Source of the DNA: Candidatus Saccharimonadota bacterium
GTDB lineage: Bacteria; Patescibacteriota; Gracilibacteria; UBA1369; 2-02-FULL-48-14
Direction of reading: 5' to 3'
DNA length: 32,000 nucleotides
Assembly: GCA_965230905.1 (NCBI GenBank)
Contig: OZ246396.1
Coordinates: 990,001-1,022,000, forward strand
In this document: in pieces, positions 16,136-23,987 of the stretch
How the letters are laid out: every line of letters starts with the position of its first letter
Numbering within the stretch: position 1 is the first letter of the stretch
Position numbers and translations under genes: made by a program
The notes under the pieces: model-generated
The model's database searches: none
What the model saw: only the letters and a program-made list of their open reading frames with translations
What the model was told of the DNA's origin: nothing

Positions 16136-17768
16136 GGCGTGGTGCGTGAGTAGTTACTTTGGAACTGGCGTCGATGAATCCGTAAAAAAGCGGATGTGGA
16201 CGGTGCGGGCGTGATAAGAATTCAGGATGGGATTGAGTTCCAATCATGAACGGATGATTTTTGAGTTCGCCCATTTCCACCAGGTTTCCTTCTTCAAAAT
16301 GTCCGGAGGGAATCCAGTCGCTGCCTTCCATGTCTTTTACAAAGTCGTTGTTGATTTCATAACGGTGGCGGTGACGTTCCATCACCATTTCTTTTCCGTA
16401 GAGTTGGCGGGCTAGGGTGCCTTCTTTGAGCATGCAGGGGTAGGATCCCAAGCGAAGCGTGGCGCCTTTTTCTTTGTTGCGGTGTTGGCCCGGTAAGAAG
16501 TGAATCACGTACTTGCGGGCATCGAGTTTGCCGTCTTCATCAAATTCTTCGGAAGTCAGCTCGGCGTCTGCCAGGAAGTGGCGTGCGTATTCAATGGTCA
16601 TGACTTGCAGCCCCAAACAAATTCCCAGGTAAGGCACCTTGCTTTCACGTGCGTATTTGGCCGCTAAAATTTTCCCTTCCGTTCCACGAATGCCGAATCC
16701 GCCGGGAACCAAAATTCCATGCGCGGCGCGAAGTTGCTCCCACGTGGCTTCATCGTTTTCCTCCAGTTTTTCGGCGTCGATCCATTGCAGATCCAGCTCC
16801 AAATCTTGGTGGTAGCAGGCGATTTTCAAAGACTCAATCACTGAAAGGTAAGCATCGTCGAGGTCCGTGTATTTTCCCACCAAAGCGATTCCAATGGGTT
16901 CACGTTTGGCTTGAATTTTGCTCACCAGCGTCTGCCAATCTTCCAGCATAGGGCTCACGTTGCCGAGGTGTAGTTTGTTGGCGATGAGCTCCGTGATTTT
17001 GTACTCATTGAAATTCAGCGGCACTTCGTAAATGGATTTGGCGGTCACGGCGGGAATCACGGCTTCTTCTTCCACATCACAGAATAGGGAGATTTTTTTG
17101 AGGATGTCGCTAGGAATGTTTTTGTCGGCACGCGCCAGGATGAAATCGGGTTGAATACCAATGGAACGCAGTTCGCGCACGGAAGCTTGCGTAGGTTTGG
17201 TCTTGAGTTCTTTGGAAGCTTTTAAGTAGGGAAGCAGGGTTAGGTGAACAAATAATGTGTTCTCTTTGCCCAGTTCGTGACGCATCTGACGGATGGCTTC
17301 CAGGTAGGGAAGGCCTTCAATGTCTCCAACGGTTCCTCCAATTTCAATCAGCACTACTTTAGCGCCACTTTGCTTAGCGGCTTCTTTAATTCGGTTTTTG
17401 ATTGCGGTGGTTACGTGGGGAACAACCTGAATGGTTCCACCCAAAAAGTCTCCACGGCGTTCTTTTGCAAGTACTTCGGTATAGATTTTTCCAGTCGTGA
17501 CGGAAGAGTGCTCGTTGAGGTTTTCATCAATAAAACGTTCGTAGTGACCAAGGTCCAAATCAGTTTCTGCGCCGTCGTCCGTAACAAAAACCTCTCCGTG
17601 TTGGAAGGGGCTCATGGTTCCGGGGTCTACGTTCAAATACGGATCCAGCTTCATTGTGAAGACCTTAAATCCGGCTGCTTTCAGGAGTGCGCCGATGGAA
17701 GCAGTGGCAATTCCTTTGCCCAAACTCGAACAAACTCCACCCGTGACAAATATATACTTGGTCGGCAT
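16104..17768 (-). CDS. pyrG: CTP synthase
   Basis: MPTKYIFVTGGVCSSLGKGIATASIGALLKAAGFKV. The glutamine amidotransferase region has YLGICLGLQ and HRHRYE. Confidence 0.97.
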   Translation of the reverse strand: MPTKYIFVTGGVCSSLGKGIATASIGALLKAAGFKVFTMKLDPYLNVDPGTMSPFQHGEVFVTDDGAETDLDLGHYERFIDENLNEHSSVTTGKIYTEVLAKERRGDFLGGTIQVVPHVTTAIKNRIKEAAKQSGAKVVLIEIGGTVGDIEGLPYLEAIRQMRHELGKENTLFVHLTLLPYLKASKELKTKPTQASVRELRSIGIQPDFILARADKNIPSDILKKISLFCDVEEEAVIPAVTAKSIYEVPLNFNEYKITELIANKLHLGNVSPMLEDWQTLVSKIQAKREPIGIALVGKYTDLDDAYLSVIESLKIACYHQDLELDLQWIDAEKLEENDEATWEQLRAAHGILVPGGFGIRGTEGKILAAKYARESKVPYLGICLGLQVMTIEYARHFLADAELTSEEFDEDGKLDARKYVIHFLPGQHRNKEKGATLRLGSYPCMLKEGTLARQLYGKEMVMERHRHRYEINNDFVKDMEGSDWIPSGHFEEGNLVEMGELKNHPFMIGTQSHPEFLSRPHRPHPLFYGFIDASSKVTTHAPRHGAVSIHSGQ

Positions 17769-17774
17769 GGGTAA

Positions 17775-17803
17775 AGTATACGCATGGTGTGCTTTTGGGG
17801 CAA
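17775..17803 (-). promoter_or_regulatory. Candidate sigma-70-type promoter for pyrG, positioned for a leaderless transcript
   Basis: The minus strand reads TTGCCC-17 nt-TATACT. Exactly 6 nt (TTACCC) follow before the pyrG ATG at 17768. There is no SD. Confidence 0.35.
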
Positions 17804-17874
17804 GCGAAAGCTTTTCATCATTTCCTTCGAGTACGGGAACTTAAACCGTTGACGAGTTCACCGTAAATTCTAGG

Positions 17875-17907
17875 AAAGAAAAAGAGAGTGCATGCACTCT
17901 CTTTTTC
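17875..17907 (-). terminator. Rho-independent terminator after the 799-aa SLH protein gene (palindromic, usable on both strands)
   Basis: The perfect palindrome agagagtg-catg-cactctct (17883-17902) is flanked by an A-run (17879-17882) and a T-run (17902-17906). It lies 37 nt downstream of the stop at 17939. Confidence 0.8.
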
Positions 17908-17938
17908 TGCTCCCAGGTGAACGAGTTAAGGGTTTAAG

Positions 17939-20338
17939 TTACTCATCCCATCCTTCACTCGCAACTCCCCAAGCAATAGCAACGCGAGTGGCGATGGCCA
18001 TGGCTTCAGAGCGGGCGATGTTCTTGTAAGGACCAAAGGTTCCGTTGCTGTAACCTTCTACGATCGGTTGATCGGTATCGTCGGCGGTATCCACCAGGGT
18101 AGAGTTGGCGATAGCAAGGGCGTAGGCAAAGTAGTCGTCGTTTTCTACGTCGCTGAAGCTTGCTTCAACGTCGTAAGAGAAGGTACCTTCACCGGCGGCA
18201 CGGATTGCCCACAAGATGGCATCGGCACGAGTGACAGGAGTATTTGGGTTGAAGCTGTAACCAGAATCACGGGTACGAATCCAATCTTCATTTTCAGCAA
18301 GATTGATGTAGGGGTAATGCCAGTCGTTTGGAGAAACGTCCGTGAATCCAACGTTGCCGCTGTATCCATCCTGTTCATCGAGTCCAAAGATTTTGGTGAG
18401 TACTTTTACGTATTCGGCACGAGTGATGTTTCCATCCGGTCCAAATATTAAAGTGCTGTAACCCTTCACCCAACCGGCTTCTTGAGCGCGGCAGATAATA
18501 TCTTCGTGCCATTCACCGTCGTTGTCCGTGAAGGAATCGGTACAGGTGTAGTTTGCAAGGATGATATCTCGGGTGAGGGTAGGGACTTCATCGCTAGGTT
18601 CAATTGGATCCACTGGATCTTCAACGACGACACCAGGATAGTCGTTAGCGTCGAGAGGATCGGTTCCGGCAGCTACTTCTGCTCCATCGGAGTGGGTGTC
18701 GTTGTCGGTATCGGAATCGTTAGTATCCGTGTCGTAGGTATCCACCTCTTCAATGTCGGTGAGGCCATCTCCGTCCGTATCGAGTGCAAGTGCAGCAGCA
18801 GCTTCGGCAGCGGCCAGGGCAGCGGCTTCAGCGGCAGAAAGGGTGGCTTCGTTTACTGTAGGATCGGTTCCAGCTGTGACTTCATCTCCATCGGATACGC
18901 CGTCTTCATCGGTATCGACGAGAGCGGGGTCAGTTCCGTGTTTTTTGATTTCTGCTTTATCGCTGAGGCCGTCTCCGTCAGTATCCGTAACTTCTTCAAC
19001 TACTGCAGCTGCTTGAGTGATTGTAAGTTTAGCGGTGCACTTCTTGGACCCATCTATACTTACGTTTATAGGGTCACCTGCAACTCCTCCGCTGAAGCTT
19101 ACAGTTATATTTTTGTCGCTAGTCAAGTCTATGTTTAAAGGGTTTGCTGTGACAGGTTTGGATGAAGAACTTGTGTATGTGAACACTCCAGCTCCGGGTG
19201 TTTTGAACACCAAGGTTCCTTGCCAATCTTGGGGGGTGCTACTACCATCTGGCTTTTTAGCACCATCGGTCTTTATAGCGAGTAAAGAAGCTTTAATGCC
19301 ATCCATAATGAATGCACTGAGGCTTTCTTCTTCAGCCAATTCTAAGCTTACGGTGATGTCGAAGGCAGCTTCCGTATCGGTGGCAGCCATCTCATGACTG
19401 GATGGGATTAGCGTTAGGCTTGTACAAGCAAGGGAGCTGTCGGCTGTCGTTTCAATTACATAGCTGGCTGCAATATCTGCATGCAGTTTTGCGCTATTAA
19501 GATCTTCTTTTGCAGCTATTTCGAATGCCTGTTCACTCGCTAGTTCAGCCGCCATTTCGTCGTCAATCGCCTTAAGCTCGGTTAGATAGTCAGCGGTGTA
19601 GCTTGCCTCGTAGTCAGCTTTTGCATCCTGCCAAGCGTTGTAAAGGCTTTTTGCTTCAGTGAAAATATCTTCAAAGTCGTAGCCTGTATTGTACATAGCG
19701 GGATACATACCACATTTGCTCTGGTAGTTGGTTCCGTAGTACTCCTCACAAATATACCATTTAAGGCTTGTGTAATCTGTTTCTAGGCTGAGACACTCTA
19801 CCACGTCTGATCCCGTTTTGATATCCTCTTCACATGCCTTCCACGCTTCTTTTGCTTCAAAGGCTCCAATCCAATCACTGTCCTTTGCTTTGCTGATTCT
19901 GCTATTGTAGGCAGCCTCAGCTGAGTCAACGACGGTTTCGGCTGCTAATTTTTGCTCTACTCCGGCATCGTACGCTCGTTCAGCTACTCCAGCCGCGATT
20001 TCAGCGTTTTCTATGTAAGTAGCAATTTCGTCGTAGGCGGTTTGAGCATTGTCTGCTGCGGTTTGTGCTTTGCTTGCCGCGATTTTTAAACCATTCGCAT
20101 CACCTTTCTCAGCAGCGGCCTTTGCCGCTTCTTGCTGTGTTTTTGCCTCAGTCGCATAATCTTCTACTTTTGCTGCAGAGCCCTCTGCATCCTTGCTATA
20201 GGTGGTGCTCCCAGTTTCGGGATTACCCACCCTGCCCTGCAAATAGCCGCTTTGGGCCATCGAGTAGGCGACTCCGCCCAAAAGGACGATGAGGAGCAGT
20301 AAAAGGATAAGAGGTTTTTTGGTAGGTTTAGTTTGCAT
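17939..20338 (-). CDS. Secreted/anchored surface protein: Ala/Glu-rich helical region + Cys-bounded module + TSP3-like DxDxDG repeats + C-terminal SLH repeats
   Basis: N-terminal signal/anchor KKPLILLLLLIVLLGGVAYSMAQS. DTDGDGLSDKAEI..GTDP..DTDEDGVSDGDE and DTDGDGLTDIEE...DTDNDTHSDGAEVAAGTDPLDANDYPG. SLH-like repeats include FTDVSPNDWHYPYINLA...NTPVTRADAILW and FSDVENDDYFAYALAIA...GYSNGTFGPYKNIARSEAMAIATRV. The start overlaps the upstream gene by 11 nt. Confidence 0.8.
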   Translation of the reverse strand: MQTKPTKKPLILLLLLIVLLGGVAYSMAQSGYLQGRVGNPETGSTTYSKDAEGSAAKVEDYATEAKTQQEAAKAAAEKGDANGLKIAASKAQTAADNAQTAYDEIATYIENAEIAAGVAERAYDAGVEQKLAAETVVDSAEAAYNSRISKAKDSDWIGAFEAKEAWKACEEDIKTGSDVVECLSLETDYTSLKWYICEEYYGTNYQSKCGMYPAMYNTGYDFEDIFTEAKSLYNAWQDAKADYEASYTADYLTELKAIDDEMAAELASEQAFEIAAKEDLNSAKLHADIAASYVIETTADSSLACTSLTLIPSSHEMAATDTEAAFDITVSLELAEEESLSAFIMDGIKASLLAIKTDGAKKPDGSSTPQDWQGTLVFKTPGAGVFTYTSSSSKPVTANPLNIDLTSDKNITVSFSGGVAGDPINVSIDGSKKCTAKLTITQAAAVVEEVTDTDGDGLSDKAEIKKHGTDPALVDTDEDGVSDGDEVTAGTDPTVNEATLSAAEAAALAAAEAAAALALDTDGDGLTDIEEVDTYDTDTNDSDTDNDTHSDGAEVAAGTDPLDANDYPGVVVEDPVDPIEPSDEVPTLTRDIILANYTCTDSFTDNDGEWHEDIICRAQEAGWVKGYSTLIFGPDGNITRAEYVKVLTKIFGLDEQDGYSGNVGFTDVSPNDWHYPYINLAENEDWIRTRDSGYSFNPNTPVTRADAILWAIRAAGEGTFSYDVEASFSDVENDDYFAYALAIANSTLVDTADDTDQPIVEGYSNGTFGPYKNIARSEAMAIATRVAIAWGVASEGWDE

Positions 20339-23237
20339 ACCAAGCGAGGTAAAATCGTAAAGCTAACGTCATTGCCTCTGAACGGGCAATGTATTTAGTG
20401 GCACCAGCGGTGCCATCAGAATATCCAGCAAAGACTCGTGTCGTCCCTGTATCAGGGTCGTCTACAATCGTGTTGTAACCAATGATGATCGCGTAAGTGT
20501 AGTAATCGCTCTTGCTAATATCTGAGAAGGCAATATCACTTTCATCCCAGCCGTAGAGCGTTTGTTCTGCGATACGAACCATGTAAACCATGAGGTCTCC
20601 ACGGGTGATAGGTGCGTTTGGATTCGCAACCGTTCCACGTACAATGCCCAGTTCTTCAGCGGCAACGTAGTAATCGTAGAACCAATCGTTGGAAGTTACG
20701 TCACTGTAGCTTTCGCCGTTTCCAATGCCTTCATTTCCAGAAAGGAGGATCAAAACTTTTATAGCTTGAGAACGGGTGAAGTATTCTTCACCGCCAATGG
20801 TGTCGGAATCGAGTCCTGTAAATATGCCCGCACGGTAGAGACGGCAGGTCTTGCCCCAGAACCAGTCGGATTCATCTACGTCATCAAAAGGTTCTGAACA
20901 AACGTAGTCTTTTGAAGCTAGGATGGTGTTCAATTCGTTGTTGGTGGTAAGCACTTCGGTCTCGTCCTCATCTTCTTCAATATCCTCTTCAATATCTTCT
21001 TCATAGTAAGCATCTTCATCTTCATCTTCATCTTCATCGCTTAGGCCAGGGTAGTCGCTGGCATCGAGAGGATCGGTTGCGGCCGTGATTTCGGCTCCGT
21101 CGGAGTAGGTGTCACCATCGGTGTCGGCGAGAGTAGGGTCGGTGCTGTAAGTAATTTCTTCTTCATCGGTGAGTCCATCGAAGTCGGTGTCGGTACCGCT
21201 TAGACCTGGGTAATCATTGCTTAGGCCAGGGTAGTCGCTGGCATCGAGAGGATCGGTTCCTGCTGTGAGTTCTTCTTCGTCGGAGTAGGTGTCACCATCG
21301 CTGTCTTCGTCGGCTGTTTTGTATTCCAACGTCATCGTGTCTGTACAGGTTTCTTCACCTTCAATGTAAGCGGTGATGATGTCTCCTGCTTTTGCATTTT
21401 TGTAGATGAGCTTAAGATTTGTGCTTGCACCGTGAACCATGGCGTAAGCGGATTCGTCGTTTGTGCTATTTTCATATATTACGGTGCCTGGCATTTCTTG
21501 GAAGAGGAAAACGCCATTAGTAGGGTCTCCGTTAGATTTCTTTGCTTCTACTATAAGTTTCTCTTCCCATATGCCGTCCTCAGCGGCTAAATTCACCTGA
21601 CTGTAGGAAAGTATGTTTTTAATGAAGCTGGCTAGCTCGTCACTTGGAGTGCTTTCCACGTTTATTTCTAGATCCACTGCCTTTTCACCATCCGCAAGAA
21701 CGTAGGTGTCGGGGAGTATGTCCACTGAGATACATACTGGGGCAGCGTCTTCTGCAGTCTCATCGGTTTCGGTTGATTCATCGGTCTCATCGGTTGGAGT
21801 TGGCAATGCGTCCTTTTCTAGGGTAAGTGAATCCTCACAGCCTTCATCTTTAATGTAGGCAGTGATGATGTCGCCAGCGTTTCCGTCAATGTAGAGAAAC
21901 GCATCAGTGGTAAGCGTATCACCGGAAATTTCAATTTCAGTTATAACTTTCCTCTGGCCGGCTTTACTATTATAAGTGAAGGTTCCCATGGTTTTATCTT
22001 GTCTATCAACTTCTACTACCAAGGTTCCTTTCCAAGTTGTTCCGGTGTCGGTTTCTGATTTTATTTCACCAACGAAAGGAGCGGGGATTGCTTGATTTAG
22101 ATAAGCATCTGAATCGGAGGTATTGTCGTCAAGCAACGGATCGGAGTTTAAGGTTCCGGCATCCACATTTGAGGATGCGTCCTGGTCGTCTTCTTCAAGA
22201 CTATCCAGATACTCAAGCTGGGATGTGTTTACCTCTGTCTCTGGGGCACTATTCATTTGAATGCTAGATTCACCGATGGTGAAAGCCAGCAAGTTGGCTG
22301 CTTGGAATCTAGGGTCAAATAGGCCAGCGCTGGTTTCTTCTGTAAGTTCTACTCGTACAGAAAACTCAAGGTCATTATCGGCGTCAAAGTCGGTCATGGA
22401 CGTTGTCATGATGTTGACCTCACAGGTAGGTCCGGACGTAGTTGTAGTGCTAGTGTCGGTTTCAGGTTCAACGGCCTCTTCGGGTTCTGTGGTTTCTGAG
22501 CTTGTGTCTCCTTCGACAGTAATTATTGACTGATCACTACAATTTTTCTCCTCTTTAATGTAAGCAAGAATTACGTCGCCCACAGCGCCATCTTTATAAG
22601 TGAAAGTAAACGATGGTGTCTCTTTGGTGATTGGAATTTCCAATCGTTGCCCGCCTAGCGGGTCAACATTACTTGTTAGGTCACCTTGCCCCGTTGTTTC
22701 AACGACTAAAATGCCTGTCCATCCGGTATTGGTTCCTAGCTCTTCTGTGACCGTTTCCTCAGGCTCTTCTTCTACAGACGTGCCTAGCGTGCGGGGGTTA
22801 AGACCATTCCCGGGTTTTACTTTTATATCTGGGGCATCTTCATCAGTAGGCTCTTTTGGATCAATTGGGTCTTTAGGATCGATTGGATCGATTGGCACTA
22901 TTGGCCCGGTAGGTAGAGTAGGCTCGTCTAAGTTACTGGGAACGGTTGGGTCTTCGTCCATCCGATCGTTAACCCCAAAAGCGTTGGCAGTTTGGTTTTC
23001 TGCGTTAAATAAACTAGCAGATGTTTTTTCGCCGAGTGTTACGTCAACTTGGAAGGTAATGTCTTCGCCAGTAGTTGCTAATACAAGAGCGTCAGGGCTG
23101 ATCTTTACTTCGGTACATACCAAATCGGATTTTCCTACGTTCCTAAGATTCCCGCTCAGGAAACTACTTTGAGTGAGGGCATAGGCTGCGCCACCAATTA
23201 TGGTTACGGCGAGGAGTAGGTAGGCGATTTTTCTCAT
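20328..23237 (-). CDS. Giant secreted surface protein: three Cys-bounded modules + TSP3-like repeats + poly-acidic spacer + C-terminal SLH repeats
   Basis: N-terminal signal/anchor MRKIAYLLLAVTIIGGAAYALTQS. Modules at aa 41-243, 272-476 and 502-640. DSDGDTYSDEEELTAGTDPLDASDYPGLS and DTDGDTYSDGAEITAATDPLDASDYPGLS. DEDEDEDEDAYYEEDIEEDIEEDEDE. SLH-like repeats include YSDVTSNDWFYDYYVAAEELGIV...NAPITRGDLMVYM and FSDISKSDYYTYAIIIG...GYSDGTAGATKYIARSEAMTLALR. Confidence 0.8.
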   Translation of the reverse strand: MRKIAYLLLAVTIIGGAAYALTQSSFLSGNLRNVGKSDLVCTEVKISPDALVLATTGEDITFQVDVTLGEKTSASLFNAENQTANAFGVNDRMDEDPTVPSNLDEPTLPTGPIVPIDPIDPKDPIDPKEPTDEDAPDIKVKPGNGLNPRTLGTSVEEEPEETVTEELGTNTGWTGILVVETTGQGDLTSNVDPLGGQRLEIPITKETPSFTFTYKDGAVGDVILAYIKEEKNCSDQSIITVEGDTSSETTEPEEAVEPETDTSTTTTSGPTCEVNIMTTSMTDFDADNDLEFSVRVELTEETSAGLFDPRFQAANLLAFTIGESSIQMNSAPETEVNTSQLEYLDSLEEDDQDASSNVDAGTLNSDPLLDDNTSDSDAYLNQAIPAPFVGEIKSETDTGTTWKGTLVVEVDRQDKTMGTFTYNSKAGQRKVITEIEISGDTLTTDAFLYIDGNAGDIITAYIKDEGCEDSLTLEKDALPTPTDETDESTETDETAEDAAPVCISVDILPDTYVLADGEKAVDLEINVESTPSDELASFIKNILSYSQVNLAAEDGIWEEKLIVEAKKSNGDPTNGVFLFQEMPGTVIYENSTNDESAYAMVHGASTNLKLIYKNAKAGDIITAYIEGEETCTDTMTLEYKTADEDSDGDTYSDEEELTAGTDPLDASDYPGLSNDYPGLSGTDTDFDGLTDEEEITYSTDPTLADTDGDTYSDGAEITAATDPLDASDYPGLSDEDEDEDEDAYYEEDIEEDIEEDEDETEVLTTNNELNTILASKDYVCSEPFDDVDESDWFWGKTCRLYRAGIFTGLDSDTIGGEEYFTRSQAIKVLILLSGNEGIGNGESYSDVTSNDWFYDYYVAAEELGIVRGTVANPNAPITRGDLMVYMVRIAEQTLYGWDESDIAFSDISKSDYYTYAIIIGYNTIVDDPDTGTTRVFAGYSDGTAGATKYIARSEAMTLALRFYLAWYAN
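21039..21300 (-). repeat. Intragenic direct DNA repeat (two ~82-bp copies exactly 180 bp apart) encoding the DGDTYSD...TDPLDASDYPGLS unit
   Basis: In 21039-21120 versus 21219-21300, the first 40 nt (gcttaggccagggtagtcgctggcatcgagaggatcggtt) and the last 23 nt (cgtcggagtaggtgtcaccatcg) are identical and the centre has diverged. A related copy lies in the neighbouring gene near 18640-18720. Confidence 0.85.
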
Positions 23238-23260
23238 TTTTGTTTTTAGTAAATCTTAGT

Positions 23261-23289
23261 ATTTTACACCAAAATCACTCGTTTAACAA
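23261..23289 (-). promoter_or_regulatory. Candidate sigma-70-type promoter for the 969-aa/799-aa surface protein genes
   Basis: The minus strand reads TTGTTA-17 nt-TAAAAT, with the -10 ending 23 nt upstream of the ATG at 23237. It lies in the 72-nt gap after the 222-aa SLH gene. Confidence 0.35.
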
Positions 23290-23309
23290 GGGGCTGGAGA
23301 GTCATGAAC

Positions 23310-23978
23310 TCAATACAGCTCTTCCCAAACCCTCTCGGCAATAACGATGGCTTCTGCGCGGGTCAGGTTATTGTTTGGGCGGAAAGTTCCATTGCCGTAG
23401 CCTTCAACAATTCCTTGGTCAACGGCAGCCGCCACTGCATCCCCAAACCAGTCGTCAGCACTCACGTCCGAGAAGCGGCTTTCAAAACCAAAGACATCGT
23501 ATTCAATGATGCCGGACATTTGAGTGATCATGGTGACTGCTTCTGCGCGAGTAATATAGTCGTTGGGGTGAAAACTGCCATCGGTATAGCCGCTCACAAA
23601 GCCCTTAGATCTCGCGAAAGTTATATAGGAATAAGCCCAGTCTTCTGCAGTCACGTCTGTGAAGCTGGCGCTTTGAACCGGGTAAACGGTGTAGCTCAAA
23701 TTGAGCAGGGAGATTTTTAAAAACTCAGCACGAGTGATGGGATTGTTTGGCAAGAAGTTTTTTTCGGAATAGCCAGAAACAATTCCCTCCTCGTACATAA
23801 AACAAATGTCCTCTTCGGCCCAATGGTCGGCCACGTCAATAAAAGGATGAGTGCAACCCGTGTTGGTGGTTTCAGCTTTTGCTGTACTGAATGAAAGCGG
23901 AAGTATAAGAAGCGTCGCTATCGCGACGGCCTTTTGTAGGCTCACCTTTGGTGAGTGGGCAGCGAGGAATTTCTTCAT
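23310..23978 (-). CDS. Secreted protein consisting of a signal peptide plus three SLH repeats
   Basis: Signal AVAIATLLILPLSFSTAKAE. Repeats: FIDVADHWAEEDICFMYEEGIVSGYSEKNFLPNNPITRAEFLKI; FTDVTAEDWAYSYITFARSKGFVSGYTDGSFHPNDYITRAEAVTMI; FSDVSADDWFGDAVAAAVDQGIVEGYGNGTFRPNNNLTRAEAIVIAERV. Confidence 0.88.
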   Translation of the reverse strand: MKKFLAAHSPKVSLQKAVAIATLLILPLSFSTAKAETTNTGCTHPFIDVADHWAEEDICFMYEEGIVSGYSEKNFLPNNPITRAEFLKISLLNLSYTVYPVQSASFTDVTAEDWAYSYITFARSKGFVSGYTDGSFHPNDYITRAEAVTMITQMSGIIEYDVFGFESRFSDVSADDWFGDAVAAAVDQGIVEGYGNGTFRPNNNLTRAEAIVIAERVWEELY

Positions 23979-23987
23979 GTGAAAAGT

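Noticed and set aside
20958-21300. Regularly spaced repeats that could superficially suggest a CRISPR or tandem-repeat array
   Set aside because: The repeats are in frame inside a long ORF and encode DxDxDG/DYPG units and a poly-Asp/Glu spacer. The unit spacing of 180 bp and the imperfect centres do not fit a repeat-spacer architecture. There are no cas genes.
18482-23172. Plus-strand ORFs (218, 87, 126, 190, 90 and 76 aa and others) opposite the two giant SLH protein genes
   Set aside because: They are antisense to long ORFs with signal peptides and repeated recognisable domains. Their translations are Ser/Val/Gly low-complexity mirrors of the Asp/Thr/Glu-rich sense strand.
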